Source of the DNA: Faecalibaculum rodentium
GTDB lineage: Bacteria > Bacillota_I > Bacilli_A > Erysipelotrichales > Erysipelotrichaceae
DNA: 32,000 nucleotides
Assembly (NCBI RefSeq): GCF_001564455.1
Contig: NZ_CP011391.1
Span: 1,140,001-1,172,000 of the forward strand
Direction of reading: 5' to 3'
The position numbers and the translations under genes were made by a program. How positions within the stretch are numbered: position 1 is the stretch's first letter; each line of letters opens with the position of its first letter. The notes under the pieces were generated by a model that saw only the letters and a list, made by a program, of their open reading frames with translations, was not told the origin of the DNA and made no database searches. Below, piece by piece: positions 1 to 10,289 of the stretch.

Positions 1-1314
1 CTGTCTGCTGACCAGCTGTACCTGTTTCTGAATGAGTGCATACTTGCGGAACACCAGGAGGAAGCAATGCAGTTTCTGCTGACAGATGACAGCGATACTG
101 TAGAGGGGCTGGTGTCTGGTTTTGACAGCTGTTCATATTTCCAGGAAATCCTCGATTCTGCCATAGAATACTGGTCCAGTGAGCAGTCTGTGGGAGATGT
201 GCTCATTGCCCGCATCCCATCGGACTGCATGGGAAAGACACCCGAAGCTGTCGCCTGCCTGGCGGAAAAACTCAACCGGGTCATTATTCTTCGACCAGAA
301 CGATCAGCCGGACATCGGACATCCCGCACACAGCTGATGACAGTCGGGTTTCCTTCCCGCGATCTGCTGGAAGAATTTGAAGAAACAGTGGCTCAGTCCG
401 GCAGCGCTATGCTGCTCGAATGTTCCGACCGGTCTGCAGCCGTGTTTTCATCTGCCGGAAAGACTGTTGATGCTGATCAGGAGCTGATCACTCTGCAGCT
501 GAAACAGCTGGCCTCGGGACTGTCTGCCACCACACCGGCACCTTTGCATACAATCGACCTGGAAATCGGTCAGGACGAACTGATCCCCGAATCCTGGAAT
601 GAACTACAGTCGTTTGGTCCATTTGCATCGGATGCTCCCGAGCCTCTGTTTCTTTGCCGAAATCTGAAACTCCTGAAACTGGGCAGGGACCCGGAGAAGC
701 CGGAGACTCTGAACGTTCTGTTTGGATTGAGTGAGTTTCCTGGAGAAACGATTGAAGGAGTGGGAAGGGATCTCGGTGACTTTTCGGAAATCCTGCCGAC
801 TGGCATTTCTGTGGATGCCGTCTGCCGGCTGAGAGTCCGTCAGATACAGGAAGAACCATTCCTGTTCCTGGATCTGGAACAGATCCTCCATGATCCGGTC
901 TATACCCCTGGCAGCACGCTCGACGAAGATGAGCTATACCTTTCGGGTCTCGTGACCATTCCTGAAATCCTTGAGGAATACAGCATCGAGGAAGATCTTC
1001 TGATCCCGACAGCAGCAGAACTCAACAGGATCTACCGCTGTCTGCAGCAGATCCACAGCTCCGGGTCACAATGGATGTTCACGGATATCAGCCTTTTGAC
1101 ACCACTTGCTGCTTCCAGGACAGACATGGAGATTTCCCCCTTCAAAATGGCCAGGGCACTCGACATCCTGTCTGAAGCCGGGGCCATCGAGGTATGGCGT
1201 CCAGGAGCTGGCAGGATTCTCCTGCGAGTCACCTCCAACCCCCGCATCAGACCACTCAGTCAGACAACAGCCTACAGAACTATGATGAATCAGCTTCAAA
1301 ACCACCCTGAATGA
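1..1314 (+). CDS. RecJ-like protein, C-terminal portion (DHHA1-like region, OB region and Firmicute-type C-terminal extension). The frame is open to the window edge. An alternative start is ATG 67.
   Basis: Frame 1 has no stop in 1-66. ATG 67 sits 5 nt after AGGAGG. The motif FGPFASDAPEPLF resembles the RecJ signature PFG.GNP.P.F. The segment GKTPEAVACLAEKLNRVIIL resembles the DHHA1 segment GV.GIVASRL.E...RP.I.L. Confidence 0.5.
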   Translation: MSADQLYLFLNECILAEHQEEAMQFLLTDDSDTVEGLVSGFDSCSYFQEILDSAIEYWSSEQSVGDVLIARIPSDCMGKTPEAVACLAEKLNRVIILRPERSAGHRTSRTQLMTVGFPSRDLLEEFEETVAQSGSAMLLECSDRSAAVFSSAGKTVDADQELITLQLKQLASGLSATTPAPLHTIDLEIGQDELIPESWNELQSFGPFASDAPEPLFLCRNLKLLKLGRDPEKPETLNVLFGLSEFPGETIEGVGRDLGDFSEILPTGISVDAVCRLRVRQIQEEPFLFLDLEQILHDPVYTPGSTLDEDELYLSGLVTIPEILEEYSIEEDLLIPTAAELNRIYRCLQQIHSSGSQWMFTDISLLTPLAASRTDMEISPFKMARALDILSEAGAIEVWRPGAGRILLRVTSNPRIRPLSQTTAYRTMMNQLQNHPE

Positions 1315-1330
1315 CAGCAATGGAGGAAGT

Positions 1331-2446
1331 ATGGAAGTTACGAGAAAGACAGACATGTCGGACAGCAAATCAGAGAAAGAACCGCAGCAAAAACAGGAAA
1401 CCACCCGGGAATTCCCCCCGCGGTATGGGCGGCATGATATTCAGGAAGAGGGGCTGAATCTGGATGAGTACGTCCGGATCTACGAAGACCCATACAGAGG
1501 CCCTCAGAAATACCTGCCGTATCAGTTCCGCCTTGCCTGGCTCAGAAATACGTATCCACAGGGTATCATCCGGCAGCTGGAACCCGAACTGCTGGCTGAA
1601 GGCAGACAGCTGATTGGCGGTATGGAATTTTACCGCACACCGGATGACCCCATCGGTGAACGGGTGTATTGCCAGGTCAGCAGGGATGAGACGGGTCCAG
1701 AACTCGATACCCGGGATCTGTTCGAAGTCCTGCGCCAGAAGCTCATCAACGCGATCACCATCGGCCTCGGATTCAGTCTTCCTGTTCTTTCTGCCATGGA
1801 GCAGCAAGAAATTCTGAAGCAGGAGGCACAGGAATCCGGAGAACAGGCAGATCCCCGTCTGAAAATAGAAGCGCTCCAGGATGAACTGCTATCTTTGAGA
1901 AGCCAGCTGGACTTTGCTCAGGAAGTGAAATCACGGCAGGACCTGGAGCTCAGGGACCTGCAGCAGGCTCTGCGCAAGCTGGAATATCAGGCGGACAGTC
2001 ATAAAACAGCAGCCACAAAGACATCTGCTGCCAGAGCTGACATGATACAGAACAAAATACAATACGATCCGGCTATGGTCGCCTATGTGAGGCAGGGGAC
2101 AGACGGTACGCTCAGCTGGGTCAATCAGGAAGGCGGACGTATAAGTACGCCGGTGATTGACAGTGTCGAAGAGGCATGGAACACAGAGATCCCGCTGACA
2201 AAAGGAGAAATGGTGACGGTTTCCGAGCGACTTTCACGAGTGGCACAGTCTCCGGAGGGAAAAGCGCTGCTGGAAACCTGGCTGGACAAAAATCAGAAAA
2301 TCAGCAGCCGAAAACAGTTTCCGGGGGTTTGCGCCATCCGATATCTGTATTACCATGGGCTGCTCAATGATCTGTGCAAAGCCCTGGGCCTCGAACCATG
2401 GCGGGGAGACACCGGCCAGACTGAACCGGAAACAGCTGAAAACTGA
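1331..2446 (+). CDS. Hypothetical protein with a globular N-terminal domain and a central coiled coil
   Basis: 371-aa ORF with GGAGGA 3 nt upstream of the ATG. It is packed tightly between the RecJ-like gene and addA. A heptad-like stretch reads LQDELLSLRSQLDFAQEVKSRQDLELRDLQQALRKLE. No family was recognised with confidence. Confidence 0.6.
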   Translation: MEVTRKTDMSDSKSEKEPQQKQETTREFPPRYGRHDIQEEGLNLDEYVRIYEDPYRGPQKYLPYQFRLAWLRNTYPQGIIRQLEPELLAEGRQLIGGMEFYRTPDDPIGERVYCQVSRDETGPELDTRDLFEVLRQKLINAITIGLGFSLPVLSAMEQQEILKQEAQESGEQADPRLKIEALQDELLSLRSQLDFAQEVKSRQDLELRDLQQALRKLEYQADSHKTAATKTSAARADMIQNKIQYDPAMVAYVRQGTDGTLSWVNQEGGRISTPVIDSVEEAWNTEIPLTKGEMVTVSERLSRVAQSPEGKALLETWLDKNQKISSRKQFPGVCAIRYLYYHGLLNDLCKALGLEPWRGDTGQTEPETAEN

Positions 2447-2475
2447 CTGCGGTCTGACAGAAAGGGGATACAGAG

Positions 2476-5400
2476 ATGCCATTGACAGGAAACCAGAAAG
2501 AAGCTGTCGAACTGGATGGATGTTCGATTCTGCTGAATGCCGGCGCAGGGTCCGGAAAGACCCATGTTCTGACCGAACGGGTCGTCAGGCTGCTGACATC
2601 CGGAGATATGCAGACGGATGAGGTGCTTGTACTGACTTTTACAAAGGCAGCAGCCCAGGAAATGAAAAACCGCATCGCTGCCAAAATGCAGGCGGAGCTT
2701 GAGAATGTCCGGCATAGTCTGGAACAGGATCCGGGACATCCTGCCCTGGAACAGCGTATTTCGTTCCTCAGCCGGCAGATTGCCATGCTTCCTTCAGCAG
2801 CGATACAGACCATCGATTCATTCTGCAACGATGTGGTCCGTCAGAACCACGCACTGGTGGGACTGCCTGGGAATGTCCTCATGGCACAGGAACTGGAGCA
2901 GACCAGAATGAAAAACGGGCTGCTTGACCTGATCCTGGCGGAGCATATCCGCAAACATGAATCAGGTGTCATGCAGATGCTGAAAGCCTTCGGAGGCATC
3001 CGCCAGGCAAAGCATGAGATCCGGAGTCTCTCAGATAGACTGTCTTCCTTTGATGACAAAGACCTGTGGCTGTCTGGGGCTCTGGACAGCTGGAAACCGG
3101 AGAATCTGGAAAAAACAGCCTGTCAGTCTGTTTCTGCTGTTTTATCATCGGCCTTGCTGAAGATGAAAGACAGTGCCATTCTGCTGGCGCAGAATGCAGA
3201 TCAGAAGCCAAAAACAGCCGCATACATGCAGTCGGCTGCAGAAGCCTGCAGCCGACTGTCGGCCAGACTGGAATCAGACGGGCCCCAGGGACTGCAAAGT
3301 TCTGACTTTTCTTTTCTGCAGAAGAACAGTCCTGCTGTAGCGGAAACAGAACAGACTGTCCTGGCCAAACGCATGTTTGCCGATGCAAAAAGCCGGCTGA
3401 AGGAATTCACCGATATTTCGGCAGTGGTTCAGGAACAGATCCGACGAATGAAGGTCATGGAACCTGTCGTCCGCAGTACAGTGGAGCTTACTCTGGAATA
3501 CGATAGACGGTATCAGGACCTGAAGAAGGAGAGGGGACTCATTGATTTCTCGGATATGGAGGCGTACGCCCTGCAGATTCTTTCCATTCCCATGATCAGG
3601 GATCAGTACAGGAATCAGTACCGGCAGGTATTTGTGGATGAGTATCAGGATACGAATCCGGTGCAGGAAAAAATCATCACCCTGGCTGCCAGAGACAACA
3701 ATCTGTTCTGTGTTGGCGACATGAAACAGTCGATCTACCGTTTCCGGAGTGCAGACCCCCTGCTTTTCCGCAGACGAAGCAAGCTGTATCAGGAAGACAG
3801 CAGCAGGGGCAAAGTCATCAACCTGTTCCGCAACTTCCGGTCCACCACCAATGTTCTGAACTGCTGTGATGATGTGTTTTCAGTGCTGTCAACTCACTCC
3901 AGGGAACTGGATTATGGTGAGGCAGACCGGCTGCAGGTGGGCCGGACAGCCCAGGGACCGGTCCAGGATACGCTGCTGATCACGTTCAGCAAAGAGGATG
4001 CAGATCCCGACACTGAATCCAGCGAACTGGAAAGTGAAGCCATTGCCGGATATATTCAGGAGCGTATGAAACACGAAATCTATGATCCCCGGATCAATGA
4101 AGGGAAGGGTGGCATGCGTCCCTGCCGATGGTCGGATTTTGCTGTTATTGGAAGGAAACGGACAGAGTTTCTCTCCAGTCTGATGGATGTGCTGAACAGA
4201 AACGGGATTCCCTATTCCCTGGACAAATCCGGACCGCTGCTGAAAACCCTGGAAATACAGATGCTGGTGCAGATCCTGGGTCTGTCAGCAGGATATGAAG
4301 ATGACTATGCCCTATTGAATGCCATGCATAATGGATTTTTCGGATTTACCGACCAGGATATCACCGATCTGGCCCGTCTTCCGGGGAACACCTTTATGGA
4401 AAAACTCAGCAGTCAGCAAACTGAAACCAGCCTTCTGGGCCTGAAATGCAGCCGGTTTATGCAGTTTATACAGGAACTGAAAACAAGGGATGACAGTCAG
4501 CCTCTTCAGGATGTCATCAGCTGGGCTGCAGATGAACTTGCTCTTCGTACATGGTGCACGGCCCTGGGAGAAGGCAGGCAGCGGCTGGCAAACGTCGATC
4601 TTCTCATACAGCTGGGATCGGATTTCCAGAGAGATGGACGAAACCGCCTTCATGCCTTTCTGTCTGCTCTGAAGCTGATGGAGAATGACAGTCAGACGCT
4701 GGAGTCTGCCCGAATCCAGCCGAGTTCGGACAGTGTTCTGCTTACGACAATCCACGGATCCAAGGGAATGCAGTATCCCATTGTCATCATCCCGTTTGCA
4801 GGGAAAACAGTTGGCACCGGGTCAGGGATGAAGGAACCAAAACTCACAGTGGAGCATGACATCAATCACCCGGATTCTTATTCTGTATCACTCCCGTATA
4901 TTGATCCGGATCAGGCTGCAGAAGGCGAGCTGTTTCTCAACGAACTGGCCAAAAGCGCAAACAAAGAGAAATCTATTGAAGAGGAACGCCGGCTGTTGTA
5001 TGTTGCCATGACACGTGCACAGGAAGAGCTTGTCATTACCGGCCAGAAACCAGGAAAGGGCAAATCTTCAGCCAGCCTGATGAACTGGGTCCTCCAGGCC
5101 CTGGACAGCCATCCCGATCACCTGGGCAAATGGAAAGAAGTTCCCGCAGACAACTATGCCCGATTGCTGGGTCCTGCAGCCCCAGAGACAGAAAAAAAGA
5201 CAGAGCATCGTCTTCTGAAGGCAGATCCCGGTCTTTTTGAACCGGAAGAGGATGGGCCGGTGCAAAGAGATGTCTATCCGGTCCCGGTTTCAGTAGGAGC
5301 TTCCAGAGCTGTGGGACTGATGACCGGATGTGCCAAAGGCAATTGCGAGAACCCCTTTGCGGTGGTCCGCAGTGAAGAACAGCTGGACGAAGACACAGAT

Positions 5401-5946
5401 CATCTCGAAGCGGCGCAACGTGGTATCCAGATCCATTCTTTTATGGAACAGGCAGATCTCAAACAAATCCTGCGGCCTGGGTATGTGGAAAACAAGGTGG
5501 AGGAAATGTTCGGGCCGGAACAGACTGTAATTGATGCGGACAAAATCCGGACTCTGTTCAGCCAGCCGGAAGCCCTTTATATAAAAGAGGCAGATGTTGT
5601 GATCAGAGAGAAGCCGGGCAGTCTCCAGCTTCCGTATTCGGAACTGGATCCGGAGTACAAAGGAGGTCTGTCAACAAAAATCCAGGCTGTGATCGATCTC
5701 GTGGTTCGCAGAGACGGAAAATGGTATCTGTTTGACTACAAATCAGATCAGATTGGAGTCACACCCGAGGCTCCTACTTTCCGTGAAAGGCTCGAGGAAA
5801 GAAAACAGCATCACAGGATCCAGATGGAGTTGTATCGACGGGTTCTGAAGGACAATTTTGACATTGAGATCGAAGGAAGCTGGCTGGCATTTACAGAACC
5901 GGGTGTGTTTGTGCCGGTGTACCAGAAATCGAAGCAGAGCGCCTGA
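2476..5946 (+). CDS. addA: ATP-dependent helicase/nuclease subunit A (AddA/RexA, UvrD-type helicase with a C-terminal RecB-type nuclease)
   Basis: Walker A is NAGAGSGKTHVL. Motif II is FVDEYQDTNPVQ. The protein is 1156 aa. The C-terminal PD-(D/E)XK signature is IDLVVRRDGKWYLFDYKSD. Confidence 0.9.
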   Translation: MPLTGNQKEAVELDGCSILLNAGAGSGKTHVLTERVVRLLTSGDMQTDEVLVLTFTKAAAQEMKNRIAAKMQAELENVRHSLEQDPGHPALEQRISFLSRQIAMLPSAAIQTIDSFCNDVVRQNHALVGLPGNVLMAQELEQTRMKNGLLDLILAEHIRKHESGVMQMLKAFGGIRQAKHEIRSLSDRLSSFDDKDLWLSGALDSWKPENLEKTACQSVSAVLSSALLKMKDSAILLAQNADQKPKTAAYMQSAAEACSRLSARLESDGPQGLQSSDFSFLQKNSPAVAETEQTVLAKRMFADAKSRLKEFTDISAVVQEQIRRMKVMEPVVRSTVELTLEYDRRYQDLKKERGLIDFSDMEAYALQILSIPMIRDQYRNQYRQVFVDEYQDTNPVQEKIITLAARDNNLFCVGDMKQSIYRFRSADPLLFRRRSKLYQEDSSRGKVINLFRNFRSTTNVLNCCDDVFSVLSTHSRELDYGEADRLQVGRTAQGPVQDTLLITFSKEDADPDTESSELESEAIAGYIQERMKHEIYDPRINEGKGGMRPCRWSDFAVIGRKRTEFLSSLMDVLNRNGIPYSLDKSGPLLKTLEIQMLVQILGLSAGYEDDYALLNAMHNGFFGFTDQDITDLARLPGNTFMEKLSSQQTETSLLGLKCSRFMQFIQELKTRDDSQPLQDVISWAADELALRTWCTALGEGRQRLANVDLLIQLGSDFQRDGRNRLHAFLSALKLMENDSQTLESARIQPSSDSVLLTTIHGSKGMQYPIVIIPFAGKTVGTGSGMKEPKLTVEHDINHPDSYSVSLPYIDPDQAAEGELFLNELAKSANKEKSIEEERRLLYVAMTRAQEELVITGQKPGKGKSSASLMNWVLQALDSHPDHLGKWKEVPADNYARLLGPAAPETEKKTEHRLLKADPGLFEPEEDGPVQRDVYPVPVSVGASRAVGLMTGCAKGNCENPFAVVRSEEQLDEDTDHLEAAQRGIQIHSFMEQADLKQILRPGYVENKVEEMFGPEQTVIDADKIRTLFSQPEALYIKEADVVIREKPGSLQLPYSELDPEYKGGLSTKIQAVIDLVVRRDGKWYLFDYKSDQIGVTPEAPTFRERLEERKQHHRIQMELYRRVLKDNFDIEIEGSWLAFTEPGVFVPVYQKSKQSA

Positions 5947-6002
5947 ACAGCCCGTGACCGAAAGCGCGGAGTCTTCAGCGGAGTCTGCAACGGACAAAAA
6001 AA

Positions 6003-6040
6003 AGGACAGAATACGCCGATATGAGACGTTGTTCTGTCCT
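6003..6040. terminator. Bidirectional rho-independent terminator between convergent addA and addB
   Basis: An 11-bp stem pairs aggacagaata with tgttctgtcct. It is flanked by an A8 run upstream (T8 when read on the - strand) and by ttccttgctt downstream. Confidence 0.7.
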
Positions 6041-6136
6041 TTCCTTGCTTATATGAGTGGCAGTCGGCAGAACCGAGACTGAGACAGAGCTGTCCTGGTC
6101 AGATCAGTCCCGGTATTTGAAGGCCTCGGCGATTTG

Positions 6137-9100
6137 TCAGGGTGTCTGACGCCTGTGACAGGCTGTACGGAACGGGCACCATGTACAGGGAGACTTTCCG
6201 TCATCTTTTTGGGGGTCTGCTTTCATGTCTCCCGCCTGTATGGCTGCAATTGTCTCCTGGCACTTTGTGACGGCCAGCGCAATCAGTTCCGACATTTCCT
6301 CTGAACTGACAAGAGATCGGGCACAGGCTGCTTTCGGAGCCCCTTTTGTGGTGGTGGAAAGGGGAATTGAGCCGGATACAAACAGACCGGGAGAATCCGG
6401 ATCATACCCGGTATCGGAGGCTTCCAGGATTTTTGGGTCTGCCAGGGTATATCCGGTCATCTGTCTGGTGGACCGGCGCTTTTCATCCAGCAGAGAAGAG
6501 GCAGGGCTTTGATCTGCCTTGAGTTTCAGCACTTCTGTTTTCAGACGGTCATAATACATACCAGCCGGTTGCAGGTTTTTTTCCTGTGCCAGTGCATGCA
6601 GGTACAGCGGAGGCTGCAGCTTCAAACCCGATTCTATGGTATCCCGATTCAGTGCCTTGCGGTCACGACCGCTTTTGTAGTCAATGACTCGTCCATACCT
6701 GGTGCCGTCCGAAGCTGTCCAGACATCGGCCCTATCGGCAATCCCCGTCAGGTAGAATCGCCGGCCATCCGGCAAAGTCATCGGAAAACCATGCCGGTCT
6801 CCTATGGAATACTCCAGCCATTCGGGCTTGAATTCCGATGAATCGCCTTGTTTCATGACAAGATCGAGACTTTCGGCCGCAGCCTGCAGCAATGCTGTTT
6901 TTTCATATTCCATCAATCCGCCGCTTTCAAGGATTCGCCGGTTGTGTGTTGTGAGAAGCCGGGAAGCTGTTTCTTCCAGCAGGCTGCGAAGGGCTTCTGT
7001 ATCCTGAGACCGCAGACCATTGCGAACGGCTATGGGCAGGCATTCGCTCAAAACAGCATGGAGGAAGCTTCCCCGGTCGGCACTGGTTTCCTCAAATGTC
7101 TTCGGGTCTTTCGCTTTGACACCACGCTGCATAAAGAAACGGAACGGACACTGATTGTAACTCTCCAGGCTCGTGACCGATAACCTGTCAGTATCGGCAA
7201 ACAGGGAAGTGGCAGCTGTCTTGTCCACTGTGCCGAACTCCTGATGAATCCATGCATCCGCTTTTTCAAGCAGTCCCGCATACCGTTCACTGGATCCGTA
7301 CTTCATCTGGAGAATTCCTGAAAACTGTTCATATTCCGGGGTTCCCTTGAGGGATTGAAGCCGGATACTGTCCTGGAGAAACTCATCTTCTGCCACATTG
7401 CGGTCAGAACGGTCATCCACTGTCAGGGACTGAATCAGTGGCTTGAACAGAGCTGCCGGTTCCAGTTCCTGGTCCTGATTTCGGATGTGCCAGGAAATCC
7501 AGACAGATTCACCGGTGTTTGCAATGGCTGTGCTGGCATCGCTGGCAGATTCATCTGCCCAGTCCCGGTTGTTTCTAAAGTCGATGCCCGCTGCAATGAG
7601 GATTCCGGTTTCCTGATCCGTCAGGAAAGCCGGATTGGGCAGTACTGGTATTTCGTCACTGCCGGCTCCCAGAAGGAAGAGATGCCGGCAGTGGATGGTT
7701 CTGGCTGAATGCAACGGCTCCATCTGGACAGAAAGCTGTCTCTGTCCCTGTGTGGTGACAATGACTTCGTCGGCAGTCTGATCCATGAGGGTTCTGAATT
7801 CATCCAGACTGGAAGCCTCGCTTCCAAAGGAGCGCTGCAGCTGGAGAATCATGCGGTTGAAGGCTTTCCACTGCTGTTCGAGTGAATTTGCCAGCGACAC
7901 ATCTTCTGTTTTGGCCTTTTCCCAGACTGCCTGCATTGAGGGCAGGAAAGTGCCATGCTGCGCGTGATCCAGAATGGCTGTACAGAAATCTCCGGTAGTC
8001 TGCGCATGGTCCAGTTGATATCGCAGTCCGCCTGTCAGCTGATTCAAATGCGCAAGGGCAGTGGTGACGTCTTTCAGTTCCTGATCTGTGTCTGATCTGT
8101 GTATATCTGTGCCGCTGTTGCGCTCTGCTTCCCACATTTCCTGCAGCCGCTTGAGTCCGCCTTCGATGTCCGGTCCCTGTGCCTGAATGAATCGCTGCAG
8201 CGTCTGCCGTTCTGATTCTGTCAGACCAAGCCCCTGATACTGCAGCAGTCTGCTTAAAAAAGCAGAATCGCTGGAATGCTCAAGCCAGCCAAGCAGGGAG
8301 GAGAAATATCCGAATATGGAACTTCGGGCCAATGTATCCCCCTGATAGTACACGGAATCCAGTCCGCCGGCAGCAAGCAGCCGGGAGAGTCTGTCATGCC
8401 AGTTCCCTATGGAGGCTCCTGTCACGAGGATGTCGGAAGGCGACACCCCTTTCGTCACCAGTTCTGAAATGGCTCCGGCAGCCAGAAGGAGCTCATCATC
8501 CATTGTCAGGCACTGCACCAGGCGAATGGATTCGTCGTCTGCAGGCATTGGATTTGCACTGTCTTCCAGCCAGCGACTGAGGGCATCCAGGGCTGAGGGC
8601 CGCGTGGTTTCCTGAGCGGGTATGTATTGAATATTCACGGGTCTGTCTGCAGCAATCCTTATTTCCCGTACCAGGTCGCGATAGAAATCTGCGGCTCTTC
8701 GGTAATGGGCGTTGGCCTGCTTTTCGCGTCCTGGCGTCATCTGGGGAAGCGCTGCATAGACGGTATCGGCTTTGAGCAGGATGGCAGCAAGCAGTTTCCG
8801 TGTCACATAGTCGTAATCATCCAGGACGCCAGTGAATACAGACCCTGTATTGAGATTCAGCCTGGTGAGGATCCTGGCCATATCCAGTGCAAAATCCTCC
8901 CGGCTGAGCCGTCCCTGCTTTCTGAGGACAGCCAGATAGGCCTCCAGTACAGTCAGGAGGTCATGAAACCGGGCTTTGGATGCAGAGGAAACGAATTTGC
9001 GCTTCAGGATCTCGCGCAGCTGTTCTGGACCGACTCCGGATTTCTGCAGTCGTCCAATCAGAGTTCCCAGGTCCCTTGCCGCGGTTTCCGGATGATCGCT

Positions 9101-9424
9101 GTAGGACAAAAACTGAAAATCCATATCAGGATCTGCCAGTATTTCTTCCAGGATCCTGATTCGGCTGTGTTCATCTGCCACATCTGTTTCTTCGATTCCC
9201 GCTTTCTGCGCGATCCAGCCGGGTATCTGCTGCCTGGTCAGCAGCCTGCAGGGCAGGTGACGGCTGGTGAGCATAGTCTGCATTTCGCTGTAGGCATGGC
9301 TGGAGATGATGAAGAGCTGATCGGTGGTGATGGACCGTGTCATGTGGTCCATCAGGGTTTCGGCAAAACCGGCGCTTGCAGGGCCGGTGACAAATGTGAT
9401 GGATAGAGGCTTGGTCTGATTCAT
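6137..9424 (-). CDS. addB: Helicase-nuclease subunit B (AddB/RexB type) with a C-terminal nuclease and Fe-S cluster cysteines
   Basis: The nuclease motif is GRVIDYKSGR. Four Cys residues have AddB spacing (YNQCPFRFF, then SPCTWCPFRTACH). The start is placed at ATG 9424 because GGAGGA lies 4 nt upstream; the ORF-track start at 9496 has no SD. The N-terminal P-loop is degenerate (GPASAGFAET). Confidence 0.85.
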   Translation of the reverse strand: MNQTKPLSITFVTGPASAGFAETLMDHMTRSITTDQLFIISSHAYSEMQTMLTSRHLPCRLLTRQQIPGWIAQKAGIEETDVADEHSRIRILEEILADPDMDFQFLSYSDHPETAARDLGTLIGRLQKSGVGPEQLREILKRKFVSSASKARFHDLLTVLEAYLAVLRKQGRLSREDFALDMARILTRLNLNTGSVFTGVLDDYDYVTRKLLAAILLKADTVYAALPQMTPGREKQANAHYRRAADFYRDLVREIRIAADRPVNIQYIPAQETTRPSALDALSRWLEDSANPMPADDESIRLVQCLTMDDELLLAAGAISELVTKGVSPSDILVTGASIGNWHDRLSRLLAAGGLDSVYYQGDTLARSSIFGYFSSLLGWLEHSSDSAFLSRLLQYQGLGLTESERQTLQRFIQAQGPDIEGGLKRLQEMWEAERNSGTDIHRSDTDQELKDVTTALAHLNQLTGGLRYQLDHAQTTGDFCTAILDHAQHGTFLPSMQAVWEKAKTEDVSLANSLEQQWKAFNRMILQLQRSFGSEASSLDEFRTLMDQTADEVIVTTQGQRQLSVQMEPLHSARTIHCRHLFLLGAGSDEIPVLPNPAFLTDQETGILIAAGIDFRNNRDWADESASDASTAIANTGESVWISWHIRNQDQELEPAALFKPLIQSLTVDDRSDRNVAEDEFLQDSIRLQSLKGTPEYEQFSGILQMKYGSSERYAGLLEKADAWIHQEFGTVDKTAATSLFADTDRLSVTSLESYNQCPFRFFMQRGVKAKDPKTFEETSADRGSFLHAVLSECLPIAVRNGLRSQDTEALRSLLEETASRLLTTHNRRILESGGLMEYEKTALLQAAAESLDLVMKQGDSSEFKPEWLEYSIGDRHGFPMTLPDGRRFYLTGIADRADVWTASDGTRYGRVIDYKSGRDRKALNRDTIESGLKLQPPLYLHALAQEKNLQPAGMYYDRLKTEVLKLKADQSPASSLLDEKRRSTRQMTGYTLADPKILEASDTGYDPDSPGLFVSGSIPLSTTTKGAPKAACARSLVSSEEMSELIALAVTKCQETIAAIQAGDMKADPQKDDGKSPCTWCPFRTACHRRQTP

Positions 9425-9621
9425 GGTATCCTCCGCGCTTCCGCTTACGGCAGAAGTTTTCACGTTCAGTATATCGCCAAAACCGGCATTATTCATGCTT
9501 GCTGTATCATTTACATACAGTCAGCCATTCCATTTTGGGCACAGCACGGTATACTGCTACAGACGGAAGATGCCGGTACCCTTGCGTGTATTCGGGTCGA
9601 TGCAGAGAAAAGGAGAAACTC

Positions 9622-10260
9622 ATGAAAATCACAGGTCTCAGGAAAAACAGCAGCAATGACCGCATCTCTGTGGAAGTGGATGGAACCTTTGCGGTGTCTG
9701 TCAGCCTGGAGGCATTGATGGAAGAGGGAGTCAACAGGGGTGCGGAGCTCACAAAAGAACAGCTGAAGCGCCTGCAGAACCGAAGTTCTGTGGAACATGC
9801 ATCTGCAGAAGCAGCGAGACTGCTGAAGTACGGGCGGCGCACAGAAGCGGACCTCCTGGACAGGCTGCAGGAAAAGGGATATGACAGGCTGACATCGGAC
9901 ACTGTTGTGCAGAAGCTGAAGCAGCTTGGCCTGATTGATGACCGGGAATACTGTCACTCGTTCTTTTTGTCTCATCGGGACATGAATGGCTGGGGTCCGG
10001 ACAAGATCCGGCATGCCCTGCGAAAAAAAGGTCTCCCGGAGCAACTGATCGAAGAAGCCGCCGGAGAATGCTATGACCGGGATACAGCGGTGGAGCAGGC
10101 TGTCAGGGCCGGTTACAAGAAGCTGAGGTCACTGCAACGGAAAACCGACAACAAACAGGAACTCCGTATAAAGCTGAACCGGTTCCTGTATTCCCGGGGA
10201 TTTGATGCGGCCTGCTGCCAGACAGCTGTCAGCGAAATACTGCTGAACCAGGAGGATTGA
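9622..10260 (+). CDS. recX: Recombination regulator RecX
   Basis: RecX-like repeated three-helix pattern (LLKYGRRTEADLLDRLQEKGY, VVQKLKQLGLIDDREY, RFLYSRGFD). ATG 9622 is preceded by AAAAGGAGAA. The ORF-track start at 9499 has no SD. Confidence 0.8.
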   Translation: MKITGLRKNSSNDRISVEVDGTFAVSVSLEALMEEGVNRGAELTKEQLKRLQNRSSVEHASAEAARLLKYGRRTEADLLDRLQEKGYDRLTSDTVVQKLKQLGLIDDREYCHSFFLSHRDMNGWGPDKIRHALRKKGLPEQLIEEAAGECYDRDTAVEQAVRAGYKKLRSLQRKTDNKQELRIKLNRFLYSRGFDAACCQTAVSEILLNQED

Positions 10261-10289
10261 TGTGGTTTATTCACTGAAAGGAGATTGAT

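Noticed and set aside
8081-8102. An 11-nt tandem duplication, ctgatctgtgt repeated twice, inside addB.
   Set aside because: The reading frame is intact through it, there are only two copies, and no slippage signature is present. It is probably a chance repeat.
9349-9394. A degenerate Walker A motif in AddB (GPASAGFAET instead of G..GSGKT), considered as a sign of a novel inactive subunit.
   Set aside because: RexB-type AddB proteins of lactic acid bacteria also lack a canonical P-loop, and AddB has no helicase activity anyway. It is noted in the feature evidence only.
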